Shown: piece after piece, positions 1-12,000 of the stretch | How positions within the stretch are numbered: the stretch's first letter is position 1 | How the letters are laid out: each line of letters starts with the position of its first letter | Source of the DNA: Camelus ferus | Taxonomy: Eukaryota | NCBI RefSeq assembly: GCF_009834535.1 | Contig: NC_045697.1 | Span: 105,898,001-105,962,000 of the forward strand | Direction: 5' to 3' | DNA: 64,000 nt | Notes under the pieces: generated by a model | Database searches by the model: none | Told to the model about the DNA's origin: nothing | Seen by the model: the letters and a program-made list of their open reading frames with translations, nothing else | Translations under genes and position numbers: made by a program

Positions 1-314
1 GTGGTCCTCTGAGCATGAAGGAAAAGTATTAGGGAAATCCTCCTGCTGAGTGCTTGTGAGCTGACCCCATACCAATGTGTCTAACTTCACGTCATGTCAT
101 CAGAAGCAGGAGGCGGCTAGTTCCTCAAAGATCAGCCTCAGAGTGTCTCCCATCAACTCCATTTCCTTAGGATTGACATTTTTACATGACTACTTACTCA
201 TTCTCCTGTCTTGACTTTCTTTCTCCTCTTTTTTTTTTTTTTTTTTTTTTGGTTCATTTGCTTCCTAGGCCCCATGGTTTTAAAATCAGCTATAAGTTGT
301 TGGCTGTCAGTTTT

Positions 315-1742
315 ATATTTTCAGTCTCTATTCAGCACTCTACAGATGTTACTCCTCTGTCTTCTTTGCATTGTCTTTGATGAAAAATCGGGTGTCACCG
401 TTACATTTGCTGTTCCGTAGGTAATATGTCTTTACTCTCCCGCTGTGTTTAAGACGTTTTCTCTAACTTCGGTTTTAAGCAACTTGATTACGATGTACAC
501 AGCTGTGGTTTTCTTCATGTTTCTTGTCCTTTGGGTTTGTCTCACATACCAGATCTATGGATTCATAGTTTTCATCAAATCTGGAAAAATTTTGTCCATT
601 ATTTTTTCTAGTATTATTTCTATTTTACTGTCTTTAGGGACTTCACTTAAAGGTAAATCAGACCGCTTGACATCATTCCACAGCCTAATAATTCTGTTTT
701 CCCTATTTTGTATTCCTTTTTCTGTTTTGTTTTATTTTGCATAGTTTCTATTGCTATGGCTTCAGGTTCAGTAATCTTTCCTCTGTGACGTCACATCTGC
801 CATTAATCTCATCCTGTGTAATTCTTATCTTTGACGTGGTAGTTTTTATCTCCAGAAGTTTTATTTGAGTCCTTTTTAATGTTCTGTGTCTCTATAACTT
901 TTTGAACATATGGGATACAGTTAAAATAACTGCTTCAATGTATCTGTCTCATAATCCTAACATCTGTGTCTAGCTTAGTTGGTTTAGATTGATTGTTCTT
1001 TCTCCTCTTTATGGGTCACTGTAAATTTTAACTAGTTGGGTGCTGGATATATTTTACTCCTGTGAGTATTCTTGAGCTTTGCTCTGGGACACAGTTACTT
1101 GGAACCAATTTGATCTTTTCGAAACCTGCTTTTAAGATTTGCTTGGTAAGACTGGACTAGTTCTCAGCCAAGGATTTATTAACCACCACTACTGAGGCAA
1201 GACCTTTCTGAGTAGTCTAACCATGGCTCATGAATCATGAGGGTTTTTCAATCTGGTTAGTGGAGGCACACACTAGTTTTGCCCTGGGTGAGTTTCAAGT
1301 ACCCTTCAAGTGGTTCTTTCCCCAGCCTTGGATAGTTCCCTCACCTACATGACTGGTCTGTGCTTTGCTAAATACTGGAGAGGAATCCTGTGTGTTTATC
1401 TGAGATTCCCTCTCTATGCAATTTTCTCCTCTTCAGGGTGCTGCCCTGGGAATTCTACCTCCTTGGTCTTCTAGGACTCTCAGCTACATCTCCTCGTCTC
1501 AGAGAGTCAGCCAGGTTCCACTTGGAGTCCCCCTCCCTGTGCCACCGCATGTAAACTCTCTCAAGAAAGTAAGTCAGAGAGATCACATACCTCACCTCCT
1601 TGGTTTCTTGTCTCTCCACTATTGCTGTCCTTCGTTGTCTGGTGTCATGTGTCTTAAAAACATATTTTCCAACGTGTTTGATGCTTTGGATTAAAAGGTA
1701 AACCCAGTCCCTGTTACTCTACCTTGCCTGGAATTATAAGCT
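315..1742 (-). mobile_element. Ancient L1 (L1ME/L1M4-like), ORF1 remnant plus 5' end
   Basis: Antisense L1 ORF1-like text (ttcagcactctacagatgttactcc...gcaacttgattacgatgt...ttttcatcaaatctggaaaaattttg), ending in an old-L1 5'-terminal-like motif (ggtaaacccagtccctgttactctaccttgcctggaa, about 1697-1733). Confidence 0.7.
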
Positions 1743-1884
1743 CTGTGTTTCCAATATTGACCTTTTTCTTACTCCAATTACTCACTCAAAGTCTGAATTT
1801 GAATACCTAGCAAATATTCCAATGCACCGTGCATACAACTAAACTCTTTATTCCTTGCAAAACTGCTTTTAAAGTTCTTCTCTG

Positions 1885-3100
1885 TGCTTTAGACATTCAA
1901 GCCAAATATTTAGAATCATCCTTCTTCGTTTCTCTTACACCTCCCACAGTCTAGCCATCATCAAATACCATTAACTCTACTTTGCAAATACATTCCAAAT
2001 CTAACTTCTTTTTTACCTTAACTGACATCACTCTACTCTAAGGACAACATCAGATTACTGTAATAACCCAGTGTCTGGCAGGGGTCTGGCAGGGATGAAA
2101 GACAATACTCTCGAACTGATAAATTAGGAGAGAATTTAATATAGAGATTATTTTAAAGGTGAAGTCTGGGTTAGTTTCATAACTCAGAGCTAGTAATAAT
2201 GGGGAGTGATTTCCACTCAATGACCTAAATGGACAAAGAGAGGAAGCAGGAACCAAACTTCGAGAAATCAGGGGCTACCTGACAGTAACTGTGGCCCTTG
2301 GCCCAGCGCTGCAGCTAACCTTCAGCAACCTTGCAGATAGGAAGCTGAAGAATTAAATATATTGACCTCACTCTCTTTTAATTTTATCCTGGTGGCGACC
2401 ACTGGCTGAACCCAAATGGAAGCCAGAGGTCAAAGAAACTTTCCGATGCTACACAGAAAGGTCAGGTTCTAGGGACCCAGGATGAAGACAGGTAGAGTGG
2501 CTCTGGAGCCCAGTCCCCTGAGTGGTCTCCTCACTCCTGTGCAACCCGTCCTGCTTTCTGTTCAGAGCAGCCAGAGGGACCCTTTGAAAATATAAATCTG
2601 TTTATGTCATCTCAGGGCTTGAAATGCTGAAGTAGCTTTCCCTGACACTTAGAATAAAATTTAAAATCCTTACTATGATCTAAAGTCCCTACATGATCTC
2701 ATCCTTGGCTACTTTTCCAGTGCAATCTCTAATTACTCTGCGCATCTCTTATTCTGCTCCAGCCACAATGGTCTTCCTGCTTTTCCTTCACGCTCCAAGT
2801 TTCTTCCTGCTATGCACTGGCTGTCCTCTCCAGCCGAAAGCTCTTTTACAGTCCTCATTGTATTGTCTTTGAGAGATCTTCTCAGATTCATGCACCTAAA
2901 ATCGTAGCCTTTATTATGCCCTATCCCCTCATCCTATTTTATTTTACATTTCTTCATAGCAGTCATTTCCATCTGTTTATTATCTCCCTCTCACATGAGA
3001 ATATAAGCTCCATGAAGGCAAGAGCTTTGGCTTAGTAGTTGGCTAGTTTCTGTGGCTAGAACAGAACCTGCCACATTATAAGTGATAAATACAAATTGAA
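1885..3100 (+). mobile_element. L2 3' portion, interrupted by an LTR-like insert at about 2055-2510
   Basis: L2-like motifs: gagcagccagagggaccctttgaaaatataaatctg, cacttagaataaaatttaaaatcctta, and the L2 3' end taagctccatgaaggcaagagc...agaacagaacctgccacat. Confidence 0.65.
2055..2510. mobile_element. Degenerate ERVL/MaLR-type LTR fragment (LTR33-like)
   Basis: caggggtctggcagggatgaaagacaatactctc...ggagagaatttaatatagagattattttaaaggtg...cactggctgaacccaaatggaagccagagg resembles old ERVL LTRs and splits the L2. Confidence 0.4.
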
Positions 3101-3238
3101 CAAGTAAGAGAATACCAGATAATTCTCTACCTCTTTTTCTAATCCAGAGAAATTTTGTTCGTGTTTCTTCCAATCATCAGATTTCATTGTACGATACTAT
3201 AGTTCCCCCACTTCACTTCCCGAAACATTTACAGATAG

Positions 3239-3709
3239 AGTATTAGTTTGCTGGGGCTGCCTGTAACAATACACCATAATCTAAGGGACTTAAACAACAG
3301 AAATGTATTTTCTCACAGTTCTAGAGGCTGGAAGTCTGAGATGAGGTGTCATCAGGATTGGTTCTTTCTGAAGGCTATGAAGAAGAATCTGTTCCATGCC
3401 TCTATCCCCCCTGCTGGTGGTTTGCTGGCCGTCTCCATCATTCTTTGGCTTGTAGAGGCATCAACTAAATCTCTGTCCTTATCTTCACCTGGCATTCTCC
3501 CTGTGTGCATGTCTGTCTCCAGCTGCTCTCTTTTTACAAGGACCCCAGCCATGTTGGATTAGGAGCCCACTCTACTCCAGTACAACCTCACCTGACTTAA
3601 CTAATGGCATTTTCAAAGCCCCTATTTCCAAATAAGCCCACATCCTGAGGTACTGAGGGTTAGGACTGCAACATACAAATTTTGGGGAAACCCTATTTAA
3701 CCTGCAACA
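3239..3709 (-). mobile_element. MaLR solo LTR (MLT1C-like), complete, with 5-bp TSD GATAG
   Basis: Begins (a)gtattagtttgctggggctgcc...aaacaacagaaatgtattttctcacagttctagaggctggaagtctgagat and ends cctgcaaca. GATAG flanks it at 3234-3238 and 3710-3714. Confidence 0.9.
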
Positions 3710-3784
3710 GATAGTGAGCTTGCCATAGGAATCAAATAGATAACGCTATATAAGAATAAATAATTAAAATAATATTTCAATGCT

Positions 3785-5230
3785 TTAATAATTTATTCTG
3801 AAGTAATTTTGTACTTTCTGAAAAGTTATAACAACAGTACAGAGAACTCCTATACCCTCTTCAGTCACACTCTTGAGCTAACACTTCATCACATTTATCA
3901 CCTTTTCTCTCCCTCCCTCTCTCTCTCTGTTTCACTCAATCTATTATTATTACTCTTTTCCTGAGCTATTTGAGAGCAAATTGCAGTCATAATCTTCATT
4001 CTCCCCTAAATTCTTTGTTTTATAAGTCTCCAAAACATGTTGTAGAGACTTGACAGACACTTCCATAATCACAATACAGCCACCAAAATCAGTAAGTTAA
4101 TATTGATGTAATACTAACTTGGAGTCATTGAAGCACATTAAAATTTTTCCAAGTGCTTCCACCTTATCTCCTTTTCCAAAGATCAGTCCAGAATCACACA
4201 TTCCTTTTTGTTGTGACCCATCTTTAGTCTCTCTTCATCTGGAACAGTTTCTTCCTCTTCTCTTGTCTTCATGATCTTGAAACTTTCAGCTCTGTGGGCT
4301 GTCCTTCAACCTGAGTCTGTCTGACTTTTCCCCCATGTCCAGTCAGGCTGTGCGCTCCTGAAGAGGTACCACAGAAGTAAAGCTGTGCTCTTCTCAGTAC
4401 CTCACACCAGGAGGCACCTGTCTCTCCACTGGCGATGTGAGCCTTGATCATCCAGTCCAAGCAGCTGTCTGTCAGACTTACCCACCCTAAAGTCTCCATG
4501 TTTCCTTTTACAATTGAGAAGTATTTTGGAGAGAGATACTCCCAATACTTGTCAATATCCTGTACCTCATCAAACTTCTCCCCCAGCCTAAGCATCTCTT
4601 AATGACTACTGTCTAAATCAACCTGCCAGTATTACAGTACAATGTGGTAATTTTTCCTGTTTCTTCTACACTTATTAATTGGCACACTAATTTAAGGAGG
4701 AGTTTCCACCTCTCCCTCCATTTTTTAAAAATACCAGAACGGACTTGTGGAATCCCATTTTATTCAAAGGGCTGCAATCTATTTCTATCATTGTTTATTG
4801 TGAGGCTCAGAATTCCCAGCTTTGGCCAGTGGCAGCTTCTCGCTAGGCTCCTGTGTCCCCCTTCTGCCATGTGTCTGTCATTCCCTGAGCGCTTCTCTAC
4901 ATTTTGACACAGAAATACATTACAGATTTGTCTTACATTTTTCTTGCCCTCGCTTTGAAATCAGCCATCTCTCTGAGGAACCTTTGTTTCTTCGTGTGGA
5001 GAAAGGGTTTTAGAATTCAAGATCTGGGCACTCATTGATCTCCTGGAATTGCTTGGCAGACCTTCAAGGGCAGAACTAGAAAATGAATATTAATATGCCT
5101 ATATATTTATACACATCACACACACACACATAACTTCTATCTACTTATATTTTTCCATATTTGTAAACCTTTTCTCCAACAGGGAGAAATTTTGGTCTTA
5201 GTGTCCTCAACATATTTACTCATTTGTTCA
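3785..5230 (-). mobile_element. Old L1 3' region (L1MC-like)
   Basis: tttattctgaagtaattttgtactttctgaaaagttataacaacagtacagagaactcctataccc and later ttttcttgccctcgctttgaaatcagccatctctctgaggaacc resemble antisense L1MC 3' UTR. Confidence 0.7.
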
Positions 5231-6464
5231 GCACCCAAGGATGTGGCCACACTGGCCACCACCTTTGCCCTAATTCTGCAGCTCTCTCCTCAGCTCCTGG
5301 CCTGTCACCATGTCCTGGGCTGCTGCCACCTTAGCATCTAGTCACACTCCTTCCTTGAAAGTGATGGAGGGGATAAAAAGACAAAGAGGAAGAGCAACAC
5401 ATAACATCTAATCCCTGGAAGTGCTGAAGAATTATCTTATACCAGCTCATTTTCCAGCCTTTCCATTGCTCCATCTGTGCTCGACACTTTATTTTGACGT
5501 AATTGGACAGTAGTGAATCAAAACTGACTTCAGTGGGCTGCTAGTGCACCTGCTGATATGTACGCCCCTGTGTGGCACAGGGTGAGGTAAGAACGTGGAC
5601 AAGGCTCATATCTTGCCTTCAGAGTGCTCTCAGTTGAGTAGAGAAGATAATGCATGTAGGTGGATCTATTTTTGTCAAACAAGCTGGACCATAATAGGAA
5701 AGTAATCGTCTTCACTTCTCCTTCTCCAGGTATGATTCTGTGTTAAGGACTCTCCCACATGACATGCTTGCACATTCTGAGAAAGTCTTTCATGGAATGC
5801 CTTTGACTGATCTGCCATAAGTTAAGTCATACTGCCCCTCTCACCAGCCATCTCCATAACTCCCTCACAGTCCCTGGGTTTTAATTGGCTTTTGTTGGTC
5901 CAGCTCATTTTTGAGTCCTTTTGCCCCCCAGACATACTTCTTGGGTGGGATTCCTTTTAAAATGAGTACAGAGAGTTTAGAAAAACCCAAGACCTTTCAC
6001 AAAGTCCTCTTCTGGTGTTGGGAAGACATATGCCTTTGTCCCGCCATCTGTAGAATTGCTGGGCTCATTCTCAGCTTGATTCTGTTAAGTTCATGCTTCC
6101 TGAGCCTGGGGCTCTGTAGGGCTTGTTGTGATGCCCCTTAAGTTCTAGAGGCCAAGTTGTCTCGCTTGATCTGGATGATGGTTTCTTCATGTTCCCATTT
6201 GGGTATAAGTCATCAAGCTGTATACTTGTATGGGCAGTTTTCAGTATGTAGATTATATTTCAATAAAGACTAATTGTTAAAAGTATATTCAGAAGATAAT
6301 TTGCATAGTTTTGATTTTGAATTGGTGTAGAGTCCCTCCTACCATTTTTAAAATTATAATCGTGTAACTAAGTCCAACTCACCCAATTCGTCATTCCTTC
6401 CAAATCGAGACTGAGAACCCACTTATCGTTTTCTTATTTCCAGATCTACTCCTGGTATCCCTAG

Positions 6465-6930
6465 TTCTGTTCATCAGGATTCTTTGGATTTCAAGGCACA
6501 GAAACCCAATCTGAAGCAGCACAAGGAAGAATTTATTGACACATAAGCAAATCACTGGGGAGAGAAGAGTGAAGCAAAGTTCAAGGACTAGAAAACTTCA
6601 AGATATTCTTTGCCATTTTCCCTAATGTGCTTCCCTCCATTTCAATGAAAAGTGTATATTCTTTCAGACCAACCTGCTCCATGAGGTGCTGGTCAAGACT
6701 TATCAGTACCAAAGCTCCATGCCTCTATTCACCCCTCTTTCCACTTGAAAAGTCCTGCTGGAAACTTCTGATCAGTTTGGGTCATGAGCCCACTACTGCC
6801 AAGGAGTAAAGAGATAGAGAAGAGGAAAGAGTAAAGATACTTATTTTGGGGTGGGAAGAGTAGTTCCACAAAGGGAAGGTTGCACTGTCTAAAATAAATG
6901 GGAGGAATCCTGGGAGAGACAAATAAAATT
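6465..6930 (-). mobile_element. Degenerate old MLT1-type LTR
   Basis: catcaggattctttggatttcaaggcacagaaacccaatctgaagcagc...gaatttattg and ctgatcagtttgggtcatgagcccac resemble antisense old MLT1. Confidence 0.5.
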
Positions 6931-7379
6931 TATTCACTGATTACCACTAACCTTAAATGGTTTCAACAGGGTGTTTATTGGTTGATGGAGATGAGCTGAA
7001 ATATGACCTTTCTTAATGTTGCAGGAACTTAAGAGCTGTGTGCTGGTCTGAAGCATTTCCATGTATTAAATAAAGGTTCAGCAAGTATTTGTTACTGATT
7101 TTACTAGTAATAATGATGGTGAAGATACTAGGATTCTCTGATCATGTTCAAAGAGTTATTTTTCTTTTACATTTTCTGAAATAGAAAACCAAATATAAGA
7201 AACATATGGATGGTGTATGAAATACATTCTTCCTTGAGCTTCTGGGGAAACTTATAAAATTTCCCTTTCTAGACAGAAAATATTTGCATAGTGTCCATAA
7301 GCATTTATTGACCACCTCCAGATTTTGTGGTGATATCCATATCCAATTTCCCATAGTAATATATTCCATTTTCAGGTTC

Positions 7380-7480
7380 AGCTCTATTGAATACCTATGA
7401 TATGTGAGATGCTCATGTCATTTTTAATCCTCCCAACATTTCTGCATGTTAAATACCATTATCCACATTTTGTAGATCAG
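7380..7480 (-). mobile_element. MIR fragment
   Basis: tattgaatacctatgatatgtg...tttaatcctcccaaca...accattatccacattttgtagat resembles antisense MIR core. Confidence 0.5.
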
Positions 7481-7483
7481 TAA

Positions 7484-7561
7484 CTGTATTTGTTATCACT
7501 GTGTAACAAATTACTACAAAATGTAGTGGCTTACAACAGCAAATGCTTATTATCTCATAGT
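7484..7561 (-). mobile_element. MLT1-type LTR terminal fragment
   Basis: ctgtgtaacaaattactacaaaatgtagtggcttacaacagcaaatgcttattatctcatagt is an MLT1 end motif; truncated at 7561. Confidence 0.65.
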
Positions 7562-7578
7562 CAAGACACAACAAGATA

Positions 7579-8434
7579 CTAATTATCAGAGAAATGCAAA
7601 TCAAAACTACAATGAGGTATCACCTCACACCAGTCAGAATGGCCGTCATTCAAAAATCCACAAATGACAAATGCTGGAGAGGCTGTGGAGAAAGGGGAAC
7701 CCTCCTACACTGCTGGTGGGAATGCAGTTTGGTGCAGCCACTATGGAAAACAGTGTGGAGATTCCTCAAAAGACTAGGAATAGACTTACCATATGACCCG
7801 GGAATCCCACTCCTGGTCTTGTATCCAGAAGGAACCCTACTTCAGGATAACCCCTGCACCCCAATGTTCATAGCAGCACTATCTACAATAGCCAAAACAG
7901 GGAAACAGCCTAAATGTCCATCAACAGGTGACTGGATAAAGAAGAACTGGTATATTTATACAATGGAATACTACTCAGCCATAAAAACTGACAACATAAC
8001 GCCATTTGCTGCAACATGGATGCTCCTGGATAATGTCATTCTAAGCGAAGTAAGCCAGAAAGAGAAAGAAAAGTATCATCTGAGATCGCTCATATGTGGA
8101 ATCTAAAAAACAAGCAAACAAACAAACAAACAAACAAAAACAAAGCATAAATACAGGACAGAAATAGACTCATAGACAGAGAATACAGACTTGTGGTTGC
8201 CGGGGGTGGGAAGGGATAGACTGGGATTTCAAAATTGTAGAATAGATAAACAAGATTACACTGTATAGCACAGGGAAATATACACAAAATGTTATGATAA
8301 CTCACAGAGAAAAAAATGTGACAATGAGTGTGTATGTGTCCATGAATGACTGAAAAATTGTGCTGAACACTGGAATTTGACACAACATTGTAAAATGATT
8401 ATAAATCAATAAAAAATGTTAAAAAAAATTAAAA
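7579..8434 (+). mobile_element. Young 5'-truncated lineage-specific L1 (camelid-type) with 16-bp TSD
   Basis: Intact ORF2 C-terminus, 3' UTR, AATAAA at about 8408 and A-rich tail. Perfect TSD aagacacaacaagata at 7563-7578 and 8435-8450. Confidence 0.95.
7594..8106 (+). pseudogene. L1 ORF2p C-terminal 170 codons (Cys-rich CCHC region), part of a truncated L1, not a host gene
   Basis: [17 protein letters not shown]...[18 protein letters not shown]...[18 protein letters not shown] is the canonical L1 ORF2p C-terminus; the frame is open to the stop. Confidence 0.95.
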
Positions 8435-8450
8435 AAGACACAACAAGATA

Positions 8451-8780
8451 TAATACATGGCTGGACTGATCTTGAAGTAGAGAATTCAAGACATAGTTTG
8501 CAGGTAGTATCGGCAGGTCTTGTTGAGGGATTAAATCTGGGGTAAGAAAAGAAGTAGAAGAGATCAAGTATAACTCCAAAACTTGACTTAAACAATGTGA
8601 GGTCCTTCACTAAAATGGAGGGGAAGTGAGATAGAAATAGGTTGGGTGGGGAGAATGAGAGCTTTATTTTGGACATATTAAGTTTGAAGCACCCAGTGAG
8701 ACAGCCAAATGGAGATATCAAGGGTGAGATGGTCTTACAGTTTTGGAGTTAAGAGAAGAAGTCTAGACTGGAGATCACCC
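8451..8780 (-). mobile_element. L2 fragment
   Basis: gatcaagtataactccaa...gagctttattttggacatattaagtttgaagcacccagtgagacagccaaatggagatatcaagg is antisense L2. Confidence 0.75.
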
Positions 8781-8963
8781 TTGGCCAAGGAACTGATTTT
8801 TAGTTACTGAGGCTTGAGCCTGAAATCTCAATGCAATTTGATAGTAAGCTCATCTAGATACACACAGAAGACTAGATAAGAGGCAGAAGGAAGAGCAGGT
8901 CAAGAAGTTTCTTCTCAATGTCTAGTTCTCAACTAGCTCAATTTCTTGCCTAAGGCCTTTATA

Positions 8964-9005
8964 ATTATTATTATTATTATTATTATTATTTTATTATCAT
9001 CATCA
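8964..9005. repeat. (ATT)9 microsatellite grading into (ATC)n
   Basis: Direct reading of the sequence. Confidence 0.9.
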
Positions 9006-12000
9006 CCAATGTTTGGGGGAATGGTGTAGGAGAAATGCCTTTTGGGGGTGGTGGCAAAGAAACAGAATCCTTCTAGAGAGAGAGAGAATCCAGATTCCAA
9101 GAGCTGTTCCTGTGAGGGCTTCAGAAAGCATTAGGACATGGATGACCCTGAAATGCAGTGGTGGGAGTGATGTCCAGGAGGGAACAGATCTGGGGTCTTG
9201 CCTTCCCTCTCTTGAAGCATGGGAGAAGGAGTTCAAAGAGAAAGAAAAGGAAAGAAAGATCACCCTTCTTCCCAGCTCCCTGCTGTTATGCTTTGAGTTC
9301 CTATCTTCATGTAATAAAAGATTCTGTCCAACAATACAGCCTCTGTTAAAAATATCCTTAATCTTGAGTGATTCAGAGCTGCATTCATCCTCCCTGGGAG
9401 TGGAGAAAACTAGGAGACAAACCTTATAGGTCTTTTTCCTGGAAGCCTCCTAGTCAGTGGGCTGGCTGGGAACATCCAGTTGTCACAGTCATACAGTGAC
9501 ACTCTAGCTTTTTCCGACCACAAGCTCTCAGGTAAAGGGAAGGCAGGGGCTTGTTACCAAGGTCCCTGAGGGCCATCTCTCAATCACTGCCCCTAACAAA
9601 AAGCATTCACCTGTACTCCATAAAATATTCCATTCTCCATCAGCAAGTGATCCTGGCTGCTAGATTTCTCTCACTCTCCTAGCCTGAAGTTCATATGCCC
9701 TTTTTTAACTACAGTAACACTCAAAGATATCAAAATGAAGACTGTGTTGACAATGCATTTGTGGCTCAGTTGCTTTTCGATTTTAATCAGGCATAGCTGT
9801 CTTTCTTCACGTAGTGGCTCCCGAGCTTACATTTAAAAAAAAGAGTAGAGAATGTGATTTTTCTATATTACAAAGCAATAAAAGTACATGAAACTACAAA
9901 AGCAGTTTTTATGTCTAGCTTACTCCCTTCGGTTTTTTTAAAATGAAGAGGGAGGTGTTAATTGGACCCTGTCGGTTCTGCTTACATCTTCAAATATAGT
10001 GATTTGTTTTCTTTTGCAAAGAAAAGAGACATGATGTTTTTTTCTTTTTGTTGAAATACAGCTTCTGTTAAACTAGTGATGCTGCCTTTTTACAAAATGG
10101 TCAACAAGAGGTTCAGCATGTTCATGGCACTGAGAATCCAAGAGCCAGAGATGACACACACTTGTCCAGCACGTGTCAGCAACCGCTCCCATTACCAGTG
10201 GATAACTGATAACGTCACTAAAGCCTGTCCAAACTTTTTTGTCACCATCTTCTGTTTTACCCACTTTTTTAGCCTAGTAAGTACTTTGATTGTGTCATTC
10301 CACCCTCTCTTGATATTTTGAATCCTTTTCCTCTCCTAGCCACAGCACTCATCAAATTCAGTCTCGAAACAATCCTGCTTTGGGCATAGAAGTCACCCAC
10401 AAACAAGTTCCTTATTTCCTTCATTTAGTTTTGAAGTGACAATAGATGTCAGTATCACTGGTAAAGTCAAAAATAACCATCAAATATTTTTCTCTTGCTT
10501 AATTCTTTTCTGCAGAGTTTGGTGTGTGTCTTTAACTTCCCTCAGAGGCCTTTGTGGTGACATCACATTTCTCCTAAGAAAGGCAAGATTCAGGCCATCT
10601 TCATGGCTCAGAGCTTAAAAACCTCAATCTGGTCATGTACTTTGATTTACTTCTTCCGTCTGGACTCACACTCTGTTCTCACCAGATACCCTGAACCATC
10701 TTTGAAATTCATCAACAGCTTTCCCATTGAGTGATTCTTTATATAGCCTCTTACGGGTCTAGATCTGTCAAAGTTTCTCGGCAATATTTGTTTTGTATTC
10801 AAAGGTTACCTGCTAGAGATCCTTGAAGTGGTTTGCTCCTGATGGATAGTAATGACGGCAGTGGTCCAACCCCCATACTGTCCTCTGCAATCAAAGTTGG
10901 CAGCGCAAATACGAGGCTGTCTGTTTTTCCACTTGTGAGAAACCTCTTGCAGACAGGCTGTAAACAGCTTGGGTGGTATTGGCATGACACTGCCTAACTT
11001 TTCTGCCTACTCTTTTTAGATTTACTGCTTGTTAATTTGCTCACGTGTACCCATGTGTCTAAATATACTGAGGCCCTGGAAGATAGTTTTTAATTCAACT
11101 TCTACATTGTCAGTTTTAAAAAAAATTAGGTAAAATTTGCATACAGAGGAATATATGCGTCCAATTATACAATTCAATAAACTCCAACAAATTAAACACT
11201 CTAGTCATAATATAAAATATTTGCATCACCCCGAAATGTTTCTTCTACTTTTATCCAAGAAATCCACACACTTCGTAAGTGACCACTGTTTTGATTTCTA
11301 TCTCCACATTCTTGAACTTTATATAAATTTAATCAAACAACATCTACTCTTTGGTGTCTGGCTTCTTTTAGTTATGACAATTTTGAGATTCATCAGTGTT
11401 ATTGTGTATATCAGTGGTTTATTCCTTCCTTATGGTTGAGAAGTATTCCATTGTACGAATATGCCATAATCTGTTTATCCATTCTCCTGTTGATGGATCT
11501 TTTGGGTTGTTTCCAGTTTGGGGCTATTATAAATAAAGTTGTTATAAACATTCATGGAGAAGTCTCTTCTGGACCTTTGTTTTAAATTCTCGTGGGTAAA
11601 TATGTAAGAATATAATTGCTAGATCATGGGCTGAGTTTTAAAAAAACTACCATTTAATATTCCTAATAGTAGTGTATGCAAAGTCTGATTTCTCCACATT
11701 CTCACTAATAATTCGCTGTATTTTTTCTTTAATTCTACCTTTTTTGGAGCAAGTGCACAGAATGTGATTCTAGCAGGTGTGATCTTCATTTACATTTCCC
11801 TAATAATGCCGAGAAACTTTTTGTTTATATTTTCTACCATTTGTATATCTTCTTTTGTAAAGTGTCTTAAGTATTTTGCCCATTTTAAAAATTCTATTAT
11901 TTTTGTTTTTATTTTCCAGTGGCAAAAATTCTTTGTATATTCTTGATAAAACTTTCTCAGTTCTGTATACAGAGTCCTAGTTGTTGGCTTGTCTATTTAT

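Noticed and set aside
5227..5248. REST/NRSE-like TTCAGCACC
   Set aside because: Only the left half-site matches; the right half and spacing are wrong.
9010..9490. Possible ERV LTR (TG...AATAAA...CA)
   Set aside because: No TSD and no family I could assign; left uncalled.
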